From: an uncultured Eubacteriales bacterium
GTDB taxonomy: Bacteria; Bacillota; Sulfobacillia; Fermentithermobacillales; Fermentithermobacillaceae
Assembly: GCA_964646385.1 (NCBI GenBank)
Contig: CAZYEC010000003.1
Span: forward strand, 6,350 to 70,349
DNA: 64,000 bases
Direction of reading: 5' to 3'
Translations under genes and position numbers: made by a program
Notes under the pieces: generated by a model
Database searches by the model: none
The model's input: the letters and a program-made list of their open reading frames with translations, nothing else
Told to the model about the DNA's origin: nothing
Part shown: positions 9,153-22,259 of the stretch, piece after piece
Position numbering within the stretch: position 1 is the stretch's first letter
How the letters are laid out: each line of letters opens with the position of its first letter

Positions 9153-10346
9153 TTGAAAGAGGTGTGTGACTTGCCTTCAAGCAACCGGTTTAAAGTAATG
9201 TGCGTGTTCGGTACCCGTCCGGAGGCCACAAAAATGGCTCCCCTTGTTAAAGTCCTCAAAAACCCTACTTCGTGCATCGAGACTGTAGTGTTGGTCACTG
9301 CACAGCACAGAGAAATGCTCGATCAGGCGATGATGGATTTCGGCATCTGCAGCGACTACGATTTGGACATCATGAATCCGGGCCAGACCTTGGCCGAGAC
9401 TACACAAAGGGTGCTTCAGGGGATGACTCCTATCCTGGCATCGGAAAAACCGGACATGGTTTTGGTCCACGGAGACACGACCACTGCCGGTTCCGCTGCG
9501 CTGGCCGCTTACTACCTTCGCATTCCGGTTGGCCACGTGGAAGCGGGCCTGAGAACCGGCGACAAGTACGCGCCTTTCCCCGAGGAAATAATGCGCAAAA
9601 TCGCCGATGCCATAAGTGACGTTCATTTCGCACCGACCGCAAAAGCCAAAGAAAATCTGCTGAAAGAAAATGTGCCCGAAGAGGGCATTTTCGTAACCGG
9701 GAATACCGCCGTCGACGCTTTGCTCATGACCCGCCGGGGCGATTACGTTTTCAGGGACGAAAGGCTGCGACAAATGGATCTTGGGGACAAGAAGAACATT
9801 TTGGTCGAGGTGCACAGGCGGGAAAACTTCGATGGTGGCCTGGACAATGTGGCCCAGGCGCTTTCGGCCGTCGTGAGGGCCCGACGCGATGTGCGTTTGC
9901 TAGTGTCCGTGCACAAAAACCCCCAGGCGCGGAGGCCTGTGCAAAAACACCTCACAGGGAAGCCGCGAACGGTTCTGTTTGATCCCCTTGACTATCCCGA
10001 TTTCGTTAACCTCATAGGTCGTTCTTACCTGCTGGTAAGCGATTCGGGAGGTGTTCAGGAAGAGGCGCCGTCCTTGGGCGTCCCCGTGGTGGTGTGTAGG
10101 GAAAAGACCGAAAGGCCGGAGGCCGTCGAAGCGGGGACTGTCGTTTTGGCAGGAACAAACAAGAAAAGGGTAGTGGACACAATTCTCGATTTGTTGGACA
10201 ATGAAGAAAGGTATAGATTGATGTCCGGAACCGTGAATCCTTTTGGGGATGGCAGGGCTTCGGATAGGATCGTTCAGGTTCTGCAATATAGAGCGGGGCT
10301 ATTGGACGGCCTGCCGCAGGAATTTGCGTTCACAATGGCGAAATAA
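9153..10346 (+). CDS. mnaA: UDP-N-acetylglucosamine 2-epimerase (non-hydrolysing)
   Basis: MCVFGTRPEATKMAPL...HVEAGLRTGDKYAPFPEE...DSGGVQEEAPSLGVPV are WecB/MnaA signatures. Confidence 0.9.
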   Translation: MKEVCDLPSSNRFKVMCVFGTRPEATKMAPLVKVLKNPTSCIETVVLVTAQHREMLDQAMMDFGICSDYDLDIMNPGQTLAETTQRVLQGMTPILASEKPDMVLVHGDTTTAGSAALAAYYLRIPVGHVEAGLRTGDKYAPFPEEIMRKIADAISDVHFAPTAKAKENLLKENVPEEGIFVTGNTAVDALLMTRRGDYVFRDERLRQMDLGDKKNILVEVHRRENFDGGLDNVAQALSAVVRARRDVRLLVSVHKNPQARRPVQKHLTGKPRTVLFDPLDYPDFVNLIGRSYLLVSDSGGVQEEAPSLGVPVVVCREKTERPEAVEAGTVVLAGTNKKRVVDTILDLLDNEERYRLMSGTVNPFGDGRASDRIVQVLQYRAGLLDGLPQEFAFTMAK

Positions 10347-10405
10347 GCGATTCGGATCCTAATTGCCCGACGACCGGTGTTGAAATCTTTTGGGAAGGGG
10401 AAGTG

Positions 10406-10729
10406 ATGCGTTTGGTCAAAGACCGGCTGGATTCGATTTTGGAAGCAGAGAGAAAAGCTTCGGAAATTATCGAGAACGCCGGGGCAGAAGCTCGCGACAT
10501 AATTCAGACCGCTCGCAAAGAGTCTGCCCTTCTAGTTTCGGAAGCCGAAAATGCGGCCAAAAGAGATGCTCAGAAGATTATTTTAACGGCCAGGGCAGAA
10601 AGCGACGCTTACAAAGCCGGTGTCGAAACAAATGCCCGGGCGACCCTTAAAGATGTGAAGAAACGGTCCCAAAAGCGGCTTGATGAGGCCGTTGCCTTGG
10701 TTGTGAGACGAATACTGAAAGCCATGTGA
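10406..10729 (+). CDS. V-type ATP synthase subunit G (NtpF-like small coiled-coil stator subunit)
   Basis: 107-aa charged coiled-coil protein (AE/AK/R-rich) at the head of the V-ATPase operon, where Enterococcus ntpF and Thermus atpG sit. Confidence 0.6.
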   Translation: MRLVKDRLDSILEAERKASEIIENAGAEARDIIQTARKESALLVSEAENAAKRDAQKIILTARAESDAYKAGVETNARATLKDVKKRSQKRLDEAVALVVRRILKAM

Positions 10730-10771
10730 AGGGAGGAGAGTCGCCGGTAAGGTTCGACGGCGGCGCCGTTC

Positions 10772-13340
<2,569 letters not shown>

Positions 13341-13350
13341 GGGGAACGAC

Positions 13351-13947
13351 ATGCCCTTAGAAGATATTCTAGAAAAAATAGCGAAACAAGCGGCGGCGGA
13401 GGCTTCTGCTATTATTGCGGTCGCCAAAAAGGAAGCTGCTGACCTTTTGGATGAGGCCGCTAAGGAAGCGTCACAGTCTCGTGAGAAGATTATTGGGCAA
13501 GCGGAAACCGTGGCCAAACGGGAAGTGGACATACTCAGAGCCGTCGCGGACACGGAACGCCGCCAGTCGATTTTGCAAGAAAAACAAGATCTTGTGTCAT
13601 CGGTTTTCGAAAAAGCTTTGGCGCATTTGGCTGCTCTTCCCGAGGGTGAGTACAAGGGTCTCATGGCGGCGGCCGTAGCCGAGGCCATGACCGGCGGGGA
13701 GGAAATACTCTTGGACCCCGGGGACGAGAATCGCCTGGGCGGGGATTTTGCAGGTTTCTTGGAAGCGGAACTGCAAGCCAGGGGTAAATCGCCCAATTTC
13801 ACTCTGGAATACGATGGGGCTGTGACGGGAGGGGGATTTGTTCTCAGACAGGGCGGAATCAGCCTCAACGTGACTTTCCCGGCGGTGCTGCAAAAGCTTT
13901 TGGATGAATTGGAAATTGAGATAGCTCGTGTCTTGTTCCAAGAATAA
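13351..13947 (+). CDS. ntpE: V-type ATP synthase subunit E
   Basis: MPLEDILEKIAKQAAAEA... coiled-coil N-terminus followed by a globular C-terminus. The track ORF (13222) overlaps ntpK; the ATG at 13351 follows the ntpK stop. Confidence 0.85.
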   Translation: MPLEDILEKIAKQAAAEASAIIAVAKKEAADLLDEAAKEASQSREKIIGQAETVAKREVDILRAVADTERRQSILQEKQDLVSSVFEKALAHLAALPEGEYKGLMAAAVAEAMTGGEEILLDPGDENRLGGDFAGFLEAELQARGKSPNFTLEYDGAVTGGGFVLRQGGISLNVTFPAVLQKLLDELEIEIARVLFQE

Positions 13948-13977
13948 CCGAAAAGCTCCTTTTGGGGTGGGTGAACT

Positions 13978-15009
13978 TTGGACGAATACGGTTGGGCCAG
14001 TGCTGTAGGCAAACTGAGGGTGTTGGAAAGAGGGCTTTTGACCAAAACCCAGTTGGGTCAGATTGCATCTTCCGGCAGTCTGGAGTCTGCTTTGGGTGCG
14101 TTGAGGGATACGGTTTACGGGCCTTTTGTGGCCAGGCATAGAGCGCAAGACGTTGAATTGGCTTTGCAGGATGCTTTGGCCTGGGAATACCGGCAATTGG
14201 CCTCTATGGCCCCAGAGCCCGAAGTCGTAGTCGTATTCCGGGCCAGGCACGATTTCCACAACCTCAAAGTCCACGCCAAAAGCAGAAGGCTTGGCATATC
14301 TGCGGTCGAAGAGGCTTTTTCACCTATGGGAAACGTTCAGTGTCACGAATTGGAGAGGCTGTGTTCGTCCGTTGACGACGGAGGAGAAAGACCTGAGGGT
14401 TTCGTGGAAACGGCCCTTGCAGAAGCCTATTGTGGAACAAAATCTGCGGTAGAGGGTTTTGAAACGGAAACCGCAAGGGCTTTGGGTCTCGACGCCTGGG
14501 TGGATCGCTCCTACTTCGCCTGGTATCGCCGGTCGCTAAAGCGTCTGGGGTATGAGATCCTGGACCGGTTTGTCTCGTCAGAAATTGATGTCACCAACTT
14601 AAGGATATTTTTCAGGGGTGTAAGACAGGGGATACCCTGCACGATCATGGAACGGCTGTTTCTGGAGGGCGGAACAGTGAGCCCCGATCTTTTGAAGAAC
14701 GGGTTTCCCCAGGATTTGAAAGCATTGTTTTCTGGGTTCAAAGGGACTCCCTTTGAGGGTCTTGCAAGACAAGGGGCGGAGTCTGCAGAAAGCGGTTTGT
14801 CTTTCGGCGCCTGGGAGAAAAAATGCGACGATGAACTTATGAATTATATAAAACGAGCGAAAACCGTGCCTATGGGCCCGGAACCCGCTTTTGGGTACCT
14901 TTACGGCAAAGAGACCGAGGTCCGGAATTTGAGGAGCATTCTTTCGGGCAAAGAATTGTTGCTCCCCCCCGAAGCAATGCTTGGGAGGCTGCGCGAGCCT
15001 TATGTCTAG
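13978..15009 (+). CDS. ntpC: V-type ATP synthase subunit C (d subunit)
   Basis: 343-aa all-helical protein at the C/d position in the operon. Confidence 0.85.
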   Translation: MDEYGWASAVGKLRVLERGLLTKTQLGQIASSGSLESALGALRDTVYGPFVARHRAQDVELALQDALAWEYRQLASMAPEPEVVVVFRARHDFHNLKVHAKSRRLGISAVEEAFSPMGNVQCHELERLCSSVDDGGERPEGFVETALAEAYCGTKSAVEGFETETARALGLDAWVDRSYFAWYRRSLKRLGYEILDRFVSSEIDVTNLRIFFRGVRQGIPCTIMERLFLEGGTVSPDLLKNGFPQDLKALFSGFKGTPFEGLARQGAESAESGLSFGAWEKKCDDELMNYIKRAKTVPMGPEPAFGYLYGKETEVRNLRSILSGKELLLPPEAMLGRLREPYV

Positions 15010-15325
15010 AGTTGCAGTTTTGGGTGCCAGAGATGCCGTTTTGGGGTTCAAGGCCAGCGGGGCGGTAGTTTTTTCTGCCAGCGGCCTTTGTGAAGCCCGG
15101 GTGGCTTTGGAAGAGATCCAAAAGGGCGATTTCGCTATACTCTTGGTTACGGAGGAGATGGCGAGAACCCTTGCGGCGGAGCTGACGCCCATGTACGAAA
15201 TGCCCAAGCCCGTGGTAACCATCGTGCCCGATGCGAACCGTCCGGGGGGACTCGGAATGGAGCTTTTGCAAAGAAGGGTTGAAAGGGCGGTCGGCGTGAA
15301 CATTTTGGTAAAGGGAGAGGGTTGA
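15002..15325 (+). CDS. ntpF: V-type ATP synthase subunit F
   Basis: MSRVAVLGARDAVLGFKASG... is a subunit F (NtpG-like) fold of 107 aa. Overlaps the ntpC stop by 8 nt. Confidence 0.85.
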   Translation: MSRVAVLGARDAVLGFKASGAVVFSASGLCEARVALEEIQKGDFAILLVTEEMARTLAAELTPMYEMPKPVVTIVPDANRPGGLGMELLQRRVERAVGVNILVKGEG

Positions 15326-15331
15326 TGCGGC

Positions 15332-17092
15332 ATGGCAGAAACCACGATTGAAGGACGGATTGTGAAAGTATCCGGCCCGTTGGTGGTGGCCTCGGGCATG
15401 GCCGGCTGCCGCATGTATGACGTTGTCAGGGTCGGCGACAAGGGCGTCATCGGAGAAATCATCGAACTGAGAGGGGATACCGCATCCATCCAGGTTTACG
15501 AAGAAACATCGGGCGTTGGTCCCGGGGAAACGGTTACGTCCACCGGGTTGCCCTTAAGCGTTGAACTGGGGCCGGGCCTTATAGGCTCGATTTTCGACGG
15601 TATTCAGCGGCCTCTGGACGTCATCCAGGAAATGGCCGGCAGCTATATTCAAAGGGGAATTGACATCCCGGGTTTGGACAGAAACAAGAAATGGCACTTT
15701 GTCCCTACAGCCAAAGTCAACGATGAAGTTGTTGCAGGAGATGTTCTTGGCTGGGTTCAGGAAACAGAGCTGGTGAAGCATTTTATCATGGTACCCCCGG
15801 ATATAGCCGGGGGAAAGGTTTTGGACATCGCTGAAGGGGACTTTAGCATACTCGAAACCGTCTGTAAGCTGCTGGTGGACGGGCAGGAACGCGCCTTGAG
15901 CATGCTTCAAAGATGGCCTGTAAGATCTGCCAGGCCTGTGAAGCAGAAAGTTGCTCCCGAAGACCAGCTGGTGACCGGACAGCGAGTGATCGATGCTTTC
16001 TTCCCCATAGCCAAAGGAGGGACGGCCTGTGTACCCGGACCTTTTGGAAGCGGCAAGACCGTAATCCAACACCAGCTGGCGAAATGGGCCAATGCCGACA
16101 TAATCCTTTTCATAGGTTGCGGCGAACGTGGGAACGAGATGACAGACGTTTTGTTGGAGTTTCCCGAACTGAAAGACCCGAGAAGTGGCAGGCCCCTGAT
16201 GGAACGCACGATTCTGGTGGCCAACACATCCAACATGCCTGTTGCCGCTCGGGAGGCGTCGATTTATACGGGAATCACTCTTGCCGAGTATTACCGGGAC
16301 ATGGGTTTTGATGTGGCGTTGATGGCTGACTCCACTTCCAGATGGGCCGAAGCCCTCAGAGAGATCTCCGGTCGCCTGGAAGAGATGCCCGGTGAAGAGG
16401 GGTACCCGGCTTACTTGGGATCAAGACTTTCTGCGTTCTACGAGCGAGCCGGCAAAGCCCACCTGTTGGGAAGCGACGGGCGGGTGGGTGCACTGAGCGC
16501 CATTGGAGCCGTATCGCCTCCGGGAGGCGACTTGTCGGAGCCGGTTACCCAGGCCACCCTTCGCATAGTGAAAGTGTTCTGGGGGCTTGACGACCGGCTT
16601 GCGGCGCGAAAGCACTTTCCTGCTATCAACTGGTTGACCAGTTACTCCCTGTATGCCGACAGACTCGACAGTTTCATTCGAGAGCGTATGGGCGAGAACT
16701 TCCCAGAAATGCGCGACGAAGCAATGGCTATTCTTCAAGAAGAAGAGGGACTGACCGAAATTGTGCGTTTGGTCGGTTTGGATGCTTTGTCCCCACGGCA
16801 GAGAATGATTCTTGAGACGGCCAAGTCTCTGAGGGAAGACTTCTTGTACCAAAGCGCGTTCCACGAGGTAGATACCTATTGCTCCCAAAAGAAGCAGTAC
16901 GGCATTCTGCATGCAATTTTGGAGTTCCATCACAAGGCTTTTGATGCTTTGGAAAGCGGCGCGAAACTGGACAGCGTCTTGGGGCTGGCGGTGCGGGAAC
17001 GGATGGCCAGGGCGCGGGTGGTTCCAGAAGAGGACTGGGACAGCGAGCTCGAGGCGATTCTGGCCGCCATACAAACAGAGGTTAACCTTTAG
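15332..17092 (+). CDS. ntpA: V-type ATP synthase catalytic subunit A
   Basis: P-loop GPFGSGKTV and the non-homologous insert region typical of A subunits; 586 aa. Confidence 0.97.
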   Translation: MAETTIEGRIVKVSGPLVVASGMAGCRMYDVVRVGDKGVIGEIIELRGDTASIQVYEETSGVGPGETVTSTGLPLSVELGPGLIGSIFDGIQRPLDVIQEMAGSYIQRGIDIPGLDRNKKWHFVPTAKVNDEVVAGDVLGWVQETELVKHFIMVPPDIAGGKVLDIAEGDFSILETVCKLLVDGQERALSMLQRWPVRSARPVKQKVAPEDQLVTGQRVIDAFFPIAKGGTACVPGPFGSGKTVIQHQLAKWANADIILFIGCGERGNEMTDVLLEFPELKDPRSGRPLMERTILVANTSNMPVAAREASIYTGITLAEYYRDMGFDVALMADSTSRWAEALREISGRLEEMPGEEGYPAYLGSRLSAFYERAGKAHLLGSDGRVGALSAIGAVSPPGGDLSEPVTQATLRIVKVFWGLDDRLAARKHFPAINWLTSYSLYADRLDSFIRERMGENFPEMRDEAMAILQEEEGLTEIVRLVGLDALSPRQRMILETAKSLREDFLYQSAFHEVDTYCSQKKQYGILHAILEFHHKAFDALESGAKLDSVLGLAVRERMARARVVPEEDWDSELEAILAAIQTEVNL

Positions 17093-17109
17093 GCATTGGA
17101 GGAATTTGG

Positions 17110-18513
17110 ATGCCCTTGGAATACACGACCATTAGCGAAATATCGGGCCCTCTCGTTGTGGTAGAACAGGTACGCGAAGTTCACTATGACGAGTTAGTGG
17201 AAATTGAAACAAAAGACGGTGAGGTCAGAAGAGGCAGAGTGCTCGAGGCTTTGTCGGGCAGGGCCCTGGTGCAGGTATTTGAGGGGACTTCGGGACTTGA
17301 CGTCAGTGCTTCCAAAATACGATTCTTGGGTAAGGTTCTTGAGATACCTGTGTCCCCTGACATTCTGGGCCGCGTGTTTGACGGCGCCGGAAACCCTATA
17401 GACGGGGGGCCCAGAATCATCCCTGAAAAGCGTTTGGACATCAACGGGAACCCGATCAACCCGTATGCCCGTTCCTACCCTTCAGAATTCATTCAGACCG
17501 GCATTTCGGCCATCGACTGCATGAACCCTTTGGTTCGGGGTCAGAAACTGCCCGTGTTTTCCGGGGCCGGGTTGCCCCACGCAGAGATAGCCGCGCAGAT
17601 AGCCCGTCAAGCGGCCGTGCTTGGTTCCCAGGAGCTCTTTGCGGTTGTCTTCGGGGCTATGGGCATTACTTTTGAAGAGGCCGATTATTTCATATCGGAT
17701 TTCCGCCGGACCGGGGCTCTACACCGGTCTGTTTTGTTTGTAAACCTTGCCAATGACCCGGTCATTGAGCGTATCGCCACGCCCAGGATGGCTTTGACAG
17801 TGGCGGAATACCTGGCTTTTGAGCAGGATATGCACGTGCTGGTCATCTTGACTGACATGACCAATTACGCTGAGGCGCTCAGAGAAGTGTCAGCCGCCCG
17901 CAAAGAAGTCCCGGGAAGGCGCGGGTATCCTGGCTACATGTACACGGACCTTTCTCAGATGTACGAGCGGGCAGGCAGGATCAGGGGCCTGAAAGGATCG
18001 ATTACTCAGATCCCCATATTGACCATGCCGGAAGACGACAAGACGCACCCGATTCCGGACCTTACAGGGTATATCACGGAAGGCCAGGTTATTTTGTCCA
18101 GAGAACTACACAAAAAAGGCATTTACCCGCCTATCGACATCTCAATATCTCTGTCCCGGCTGAAGGACAAAGGCATAGGGACAGGCAAGACCAGAGAAGA
18201 CCACGCTGATGTGTTGAACCAGCTTTCTGACGCTTACGACAGAGGCAGAGAAGCCAGAGAGCTGTCAGTAGTTCTTGGGGAAGCCGCCCTTACAGAGTCC
18301 GACAGGATGTTTTTGAAGTTTGCCGACGAGTTTGAGGGCAGATTCGTAAAGCAAGGAGCGACCGAGAACAGGTCTATCGAGCTGACTCTCGATACTGGCT
18401 GGAGTCTCATGTCCATTTTGCCCAGAAGCGAGCTGAAGCGTATCTCTGACGCAAACGCCGAAAAGTATCTGCCCATAAATCCGGAACAGGCGACAAAAGA
18501 AGCGTTGGGTTGA
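17110..18513 (+). CDS. ntpB: V-type ATP synthase subunit B
   Basis: Regulatory B subunit of 467 aa with a degenerate P-loop region. Confidence 0.97.
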   Translation: MPLEYTTISEISGPLVVVEQVREVHYDELVEIETKDGEVRRGRVLEALSGRALVQVFEGTSGLDVSASKIRFLGKVLEIPVSPDILGRVFDGAGNPIDGGPRIIPEKRLDINGNPINPYARSYPSEFIQTGISAIDCMNPLVRGQKLPVFSGAGLPHAEIAAQIARQAAVLGSQELFAVVFGAMGITFEEADYFISDFRRTGALHRSVLFVNLANDPVIERIATPRMALTVAEYLAFEQDMHVLVILTDMTNYAEALREVSAARKEVPGRRGYPGYMYTDLSQMYERAGRIRGLKGSITQIPILTMPEDDKTHPIPDLTGYITEGQVILSRELHKKGIYPPIDISISLSRLKDKGIGTGKTREDHADVLNQLSDAYDRGREARELSVVLGEAALTESDRMFLKFADEFEGRFVKQGATENRSIELTLDTGWSLMSILPRSELKRISDANAEKYLPINPEQATKEALG

Positions 18514-19166
18514 AGAGGTGCAAGGACGTGACACTAAGAGTGAACGCAACCCGGCAGGAATTGACTCGGCTTAGAGCCCGGTTGAAGATGGCTCGGCGCG
18601 GTCATAAACTGTTGAAAGATAAAAGGGACCAGCTCATGAAAGAGTTTCTGGCCATAGTTTACGAAAACCAAAGGCTGCGCAAAGATTTGGAGGAAAGACT
18701 CGCCGCAGCCCACAGGAGTTTTTCCCGAGCCAAGGCCTGGTTGTCCGGCCCGGTGTTGGAGCAAGCTTTGATGGTTCCGGGAGAGCCTAAAGAGGTCGGG
18801 GTTACCTATAGACATATAATGAATGTGGTGGTGCCAGAGATGGGACTGGTAACGGAAACGAGCGAGGCTTCGGGAGTCGAAGTGATGCCTTACGGTCTCG
18901 CTACCACATCCTCGGATTTAGACGACGCTCTCATGGAGTTTCGGGGAATCCTGCCCGGCCTTGTAAAACTGTCGGAAATAGAAAGAAAGATTCAGTTGCT
19001 GGCCGATGAGATAGAGCGTACCCGGCGAAGGGTGAATGCGTTGGAATATGTGCTTATCCCTGAGCTGGAGGAAGCCGCCAAAGACGTAGAGATGCGCCTT
19101 GAAGAGGCAGACCGGGCCAATGTGTCCCGGCTTATGAAGGTTAAAGACATTGTAAGGGCTCGTTGA
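18510..19166 (+). CDS. ntpD: V-type ATP synthase subunit D (central stalk)
   Basis: Coiled-coil protein of 218 aa at the end of the operon ([20 protein letters not shown]). Confidence 0.9.
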   Translation: MKRCKDVTLRVNATRQELTRLRARLKMARRGHKLLKDKRDQLMKEFLAIVYENQRLRKDLEERLAAAHRSFSRAKAWLSGPVLEQALMVPGEPKEVGVTYRHIMNVVVPEMGLVTETSEASGVEVMPYGLATTSSDLDDALMEFRGILPGLVKLSEIERKIQLLADEIERTRRRVNALEYVLIPELEEAAKDVEMRLEEADRANVSRLMKVKDIVRAR

Positions 19167-19242
19167 CCCACTTGGTGACCCCTCAGTCATAAATTACCGC
19201 CCGATCCCATAGCTATGGGGAGTCCGTAGAGATCCCCGGGGG

Positions 19243-20229
19243 TTGGTGTCCTTGAGGCGGTTCGTCTATTTCCTGTTGTTCATTCTGGGAGTCATGATCG
19301 GCATACCAAGAACCCCTTTGGCAGCCGATTCGGTTGTTATCCCAGTGCCCGGCACTGACCCTTTTCTCAATATTGACATTTACCATGTAGCCACAGGCAC
19401 TGTACTCAAGGTGGGCCTTGAGGAGTACGTTAAAGGCGTAGTTGCCTCGGAAATGCCGGCTTCCGCCGGCATTGAGGCTTTGAAAGCCCAAGCCATTGCC
19501 GCCCGCACCGTGGCGGTGAGGAAAATGAGAGTGCTTGGCGGCACTCCTTCCAGGGAAGACGCGGATGTTACATCCGACCACAATGTGGATCAGGCGTGGA
19601 ATCCTGAAAGTGTTATAAGGCAAAAATGGGGCCCCGTTGCTTTCTGGTTGAACTGGCCAAAAATCGTGAAAGCGTGCGAAGAGACTCAAGGCCTCATCCT
19701 GACTTACAGAGGGCTGCCTTGCGAGGCAGTGTATCATTCTACATGTGCGGGGAGCACCGAAGCGTCAAAAGATGTCTGGGTCAAAGATCTTCCCTACCTT
19801 TCAAGCGTACCTTGCAGTTTCTGTTCCGATTCTCCTTATTTCCGGCCCGAAACAGTGTCAATTCCCATAGCTGCCGTGTCTGCTTCCTTGGGGGGGACAG
19901 GTGTTTCGGTTCCCGTGAGTACCGTCCGCGCCGGGAACGGCATCGTGGTAAGCCAGGTTTCCCCCACAGGCCGCGTTCAACAGGTACTCGTGAACGGTGA
20001 ACCCATGCGGGGCTTGGAATTTCGGCAGGCGCTTGGCCTTAAGTCCACCAGACTCTTGAATTTGTCAGTCAAAGGCGATTCGGTCGTGTTCCAGGTGAAA
20101 GGCTACGGCCACGGCGTGGGGATGTGCCAGTACGGTGCCATGGGTATGGCAAAGCAAAATCGGACATACCACGAAATTCTGTCTCACTATTACCCGGGAA
20201 CCAGAGTTGCGGCCATCTTTGAAGAATGA
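19243..20229 (+). CDS. spoIID: Stage II sporulation protein D (SpoIID/LytB lytic transglycosylase)
   Basis: Signal/TM anchor followed by the SpoIID domain (YVKGVVASEMPAS...AARTVAV...HGVGMCQYGA). Confidence 0.9.
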   Translation: MVSLRRFVYFLLFILGVMIGIPRTPLAADSVVIPVPGTDPFLNIDIYHVATGTVLKVGLEEYVKGVVASEMPASAGIEALKAQAIAARTVAVRKMRVLGGTPSREDADVTSDHNVDQAWNPESVIRQKWGPVAFWLNWPKIVKACEETQGLILTYRGLPCEAVYHSTCAGSTEASKDVWVKDLPYLSSVPCSFCSDSPYFRPETVSIPIAAVSASLGGTGVSVPVSTVRAGNGIVVSQVSPTGRVQQVLVNGEPMRGLEFRQALGLKSTRLLNLSVKGDSVVFQVKGYGHGVGMCQYGAMGMAKQNRTYHEILSHYYPGTRVAAIFEE

Positions 20230-20286
20230 TCCGCGATGTCCCAAGTGACGATGCAATAAAAAAACCTCGAATACCTCCGGCAAATT

Positions 20287-21069
20287 ATGGCAACCATAAT
20301 GGTCTGGAGGTGTATTTTTGTGGGGGAAGACAAAACGCCAACCAAGGCGCGTCAAACCAGGAAGCGTGTCACGCAAGCCTGCAAAACCCGGAGGGCGCTG
20401 TTCGTTGTCCTCATGTGTTTGACGTTATTCGGAAGTGGCGTGTACCTGGGGTTAACATCTTTCAGACGCCAACCGAGCGCCGGTCGGCTCGCTGGAATTC
20501 CGGACCCGGGCACACAGGATTATTCAGGCAGTCTTTCAGTGAACGGTGACACTTCTATGGATTTTGTTTGGGCTGGGGCCGAGCAACAAGATTTTCAAAA
20601 GGACGATTTCAATTCAACTGGACAAGGCGAATCGCGGGCGCCGGCAACCGAAGAAGGCTCATCGGAAATTTACGAAGCACTAGTAATTCGTCTGTCAGAT
20701 TTAGCGTGGCCTTCGTCGGGGGAGATTAAGTCCGAACCGGGCTGGTATTATTCGGAAAACCTGAAAGACTGGAGATACTTCCCCGGGGTGACTATCGCAG
20801 GAGATACCGGTCGTGATGTGTGTGCCGCTTTCCCCGGCGTCGTCAACGAGGTTGCAGATGACCCCATCAACGGTAAAACCATCGTGTTGTCCCACGGGAC
20901 TAACTTGGAAACCAGGTATTCGGGCATTCGCCTCGCCCTGCGTTCTCCAGGAGACGAAGTGCACCAGGGTGAGGCCATCGCCCGGTTGCAGGGAGGAAAC
21001 TTGCTATTTCAACTTTTCCGGGATGGAGAAGCCCTTAACCCCGCAAACTATCTTGGCCGTGGCAGATAA
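20287..21069 (+). CDS. spoIIQ: Membrane-anchored degenerate M23/LytM-domain protein (SpoIIQ-like). Start uncertain.
   Basis: N-terminal TM segment (ALFVVLMCLTLFGSGVYLGL). The C-terminal LytM fold lacks the catalytic HxxxD (GVTIAGDTG) and HxH (LLFQL) histidines. It sits between spoIID and spoIIID. Confidence 0.65.
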   Translation: MATIMVWRCIFVGEDKTPTKARQTRKRVTQACKTRRALFVVLMCLTLFGSGVYLGLTSFRRQPSAGRLAGIPDPGTQDYSGSLSVNGDTSMDFVWAGAEQQDFQKDDFNSTGQGESRAPATEEGSSEIYEALVIRLSDLAWPSSGEIKSEPGWYYSENLKDWRYFPGVTIAGDTGRDVCAAFPGVVNEVADDPINGKTIVLSHGTNLETRYSGIRLALRSPGDEVHQGEAIARLQGGNLLFQLFRDGEALNPANYLGRGR

Positions 21070-21147
21070 TCAGTAATGCGCCAGGGCCAGCATTATCTTG
21101 CCGCCTGGGCATATATATTAGCGTAACTTCACGGAGGGGGCCGGGCC

Positions 21148-21399
21148 ATGAACGACGTCATCTGGAAGCGCGCCATTGACGTAGGAGAGTATATCGAACG
21201 CACCCATGCCACGGTCCGTGACACGGCGCGCGCCTTCGGGGTGTCAAAAAGCACCGTTCACAAAGACGTGACCGACAGGCTGCCAAAGATCAGGCCGCAG
21301 CTTGCGAAAATGGTTCGCAAAGTACTTGATATGAACAAAGCCGAAAGGCATATCCGAGGTGGGGAAGCCACCAAAAAGAAATATCAGATGCCTGATTAG
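21148..21399 (+). CDS. spoIIID: Stage III sporulation protein D (HTH transcription regulator)
   Basis: 83 aa. HTH segment ARAFGVSKSTVHKDVTDRL with a basic C-terminus. Confidence 0.9.
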   Translation: MNDVIWKRAIDVGEYIERTHATVRDTARAFGVSKSTVHKDVTDRLPKIRPQLAKMVRKVLDMNKAERHIRGGEATKKKYQMPD

Positions 21400-21458
21400 G
21401 CAAAGGCACTTCACACCTGGACCTCACCCCCCGATAAGACTTTTGGGGGGAATGTCTT

Positions 21459-22202
21459 TTGATCCGTGGAATCATCTCCGGTGTGATGGCCATGCGGGCC
21501 CAGGTTCTTAAGCAAGAAGTGATCGCAAACAATCTCGCCAATGCTGACACGGTAGCCTATAGCCAGGACAAAGCCGTGTTCTCATCTTTCCATGATGTTT
21601 TGATCAGCATGTGCAGTCCTTCATCTTTCCCCAAAACACTGGGCGGGTACTCGGCAGGGACGGTCTTGCAGGACGTCCGAACAATTCACGAAGTTGGACC
21701 GTTGGAAACCACAGGTCACCCTCTCGATATTGCCTTGCGGGAAGGAGATTACCTTTCGGTTCAGACCGCGGCGGGCACAAGGTACACCCGGAGGGGAGAT
21801 CTTCAAATTTCTCCGGAAGGGTACCTGACCGTGGCCGGTTTCAGGGTGCTCGGCGATTCGCAACCTGTCAGAGTAGGGGACTGCAGTGGTCCCTATGTAA
21901 GCGAAGACGCCTACCTCATGTCAGGTGAGGACAAAGTGGCGGCGCTAGACATAGTTCATATAAAGAGCGCGAGTTTGCTCACCAAAGTGGGCAATTCGCT
22001 GTACGAGGCGGAGGCCGGTTCCGTATCAAAGTCTCAAGGAGCCGCGGTGCTTCAAGGCGTTTTGGAGAAATCAGCGGTAGATCCCGTGGCAGAAATGGTG
22101 AACCTTATCTATACCATGCGCGCTTACGAAGCGGCGCAAAAGGCGGTTCAATCTCACGACGAAGCATTAGGACAGGCTGTTAACAAAGTCGGCGCTGTGT
22201 AG
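21459..22202 (+). CDS. flhO: Flagellar basal-body rod protein (FlhO/FlgF/FlgG family)
   Basis: N-terminal rod-protein motif (SGVMAMRAQVLKQEVIANNLANADTVAY) and a C-terminal rod/hook helical domain. Confidence 0.85.
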   Translation: MIRGIISGVMAMRAQVLKQEVIANNLANADTVAYSQDKAVFSSFHDVLISMCSPSSFPKTLGGYSAGTVLQDVRTIHEVGPLETTGHPLDIALREGDYLSVQTAAGTRYTRRGDLQISPEGYLTVAGFRVLGDSQPVRVGDCSGPYVSEDAYLMSGEDKVAALDIVHIKSASLLTKVGNSLYEAEAGSVSKSQGAAVLQGVLEKSAVDPVAEMVNLIYTMRAYEAAQKAVQSHDEALGQAVNKVGAV

Positions 22203-22259
22203 GGTTGCAGTGTCGCCAACGAATTGGATACCCACAAACTGACGGGGGAGGAATCGAGC

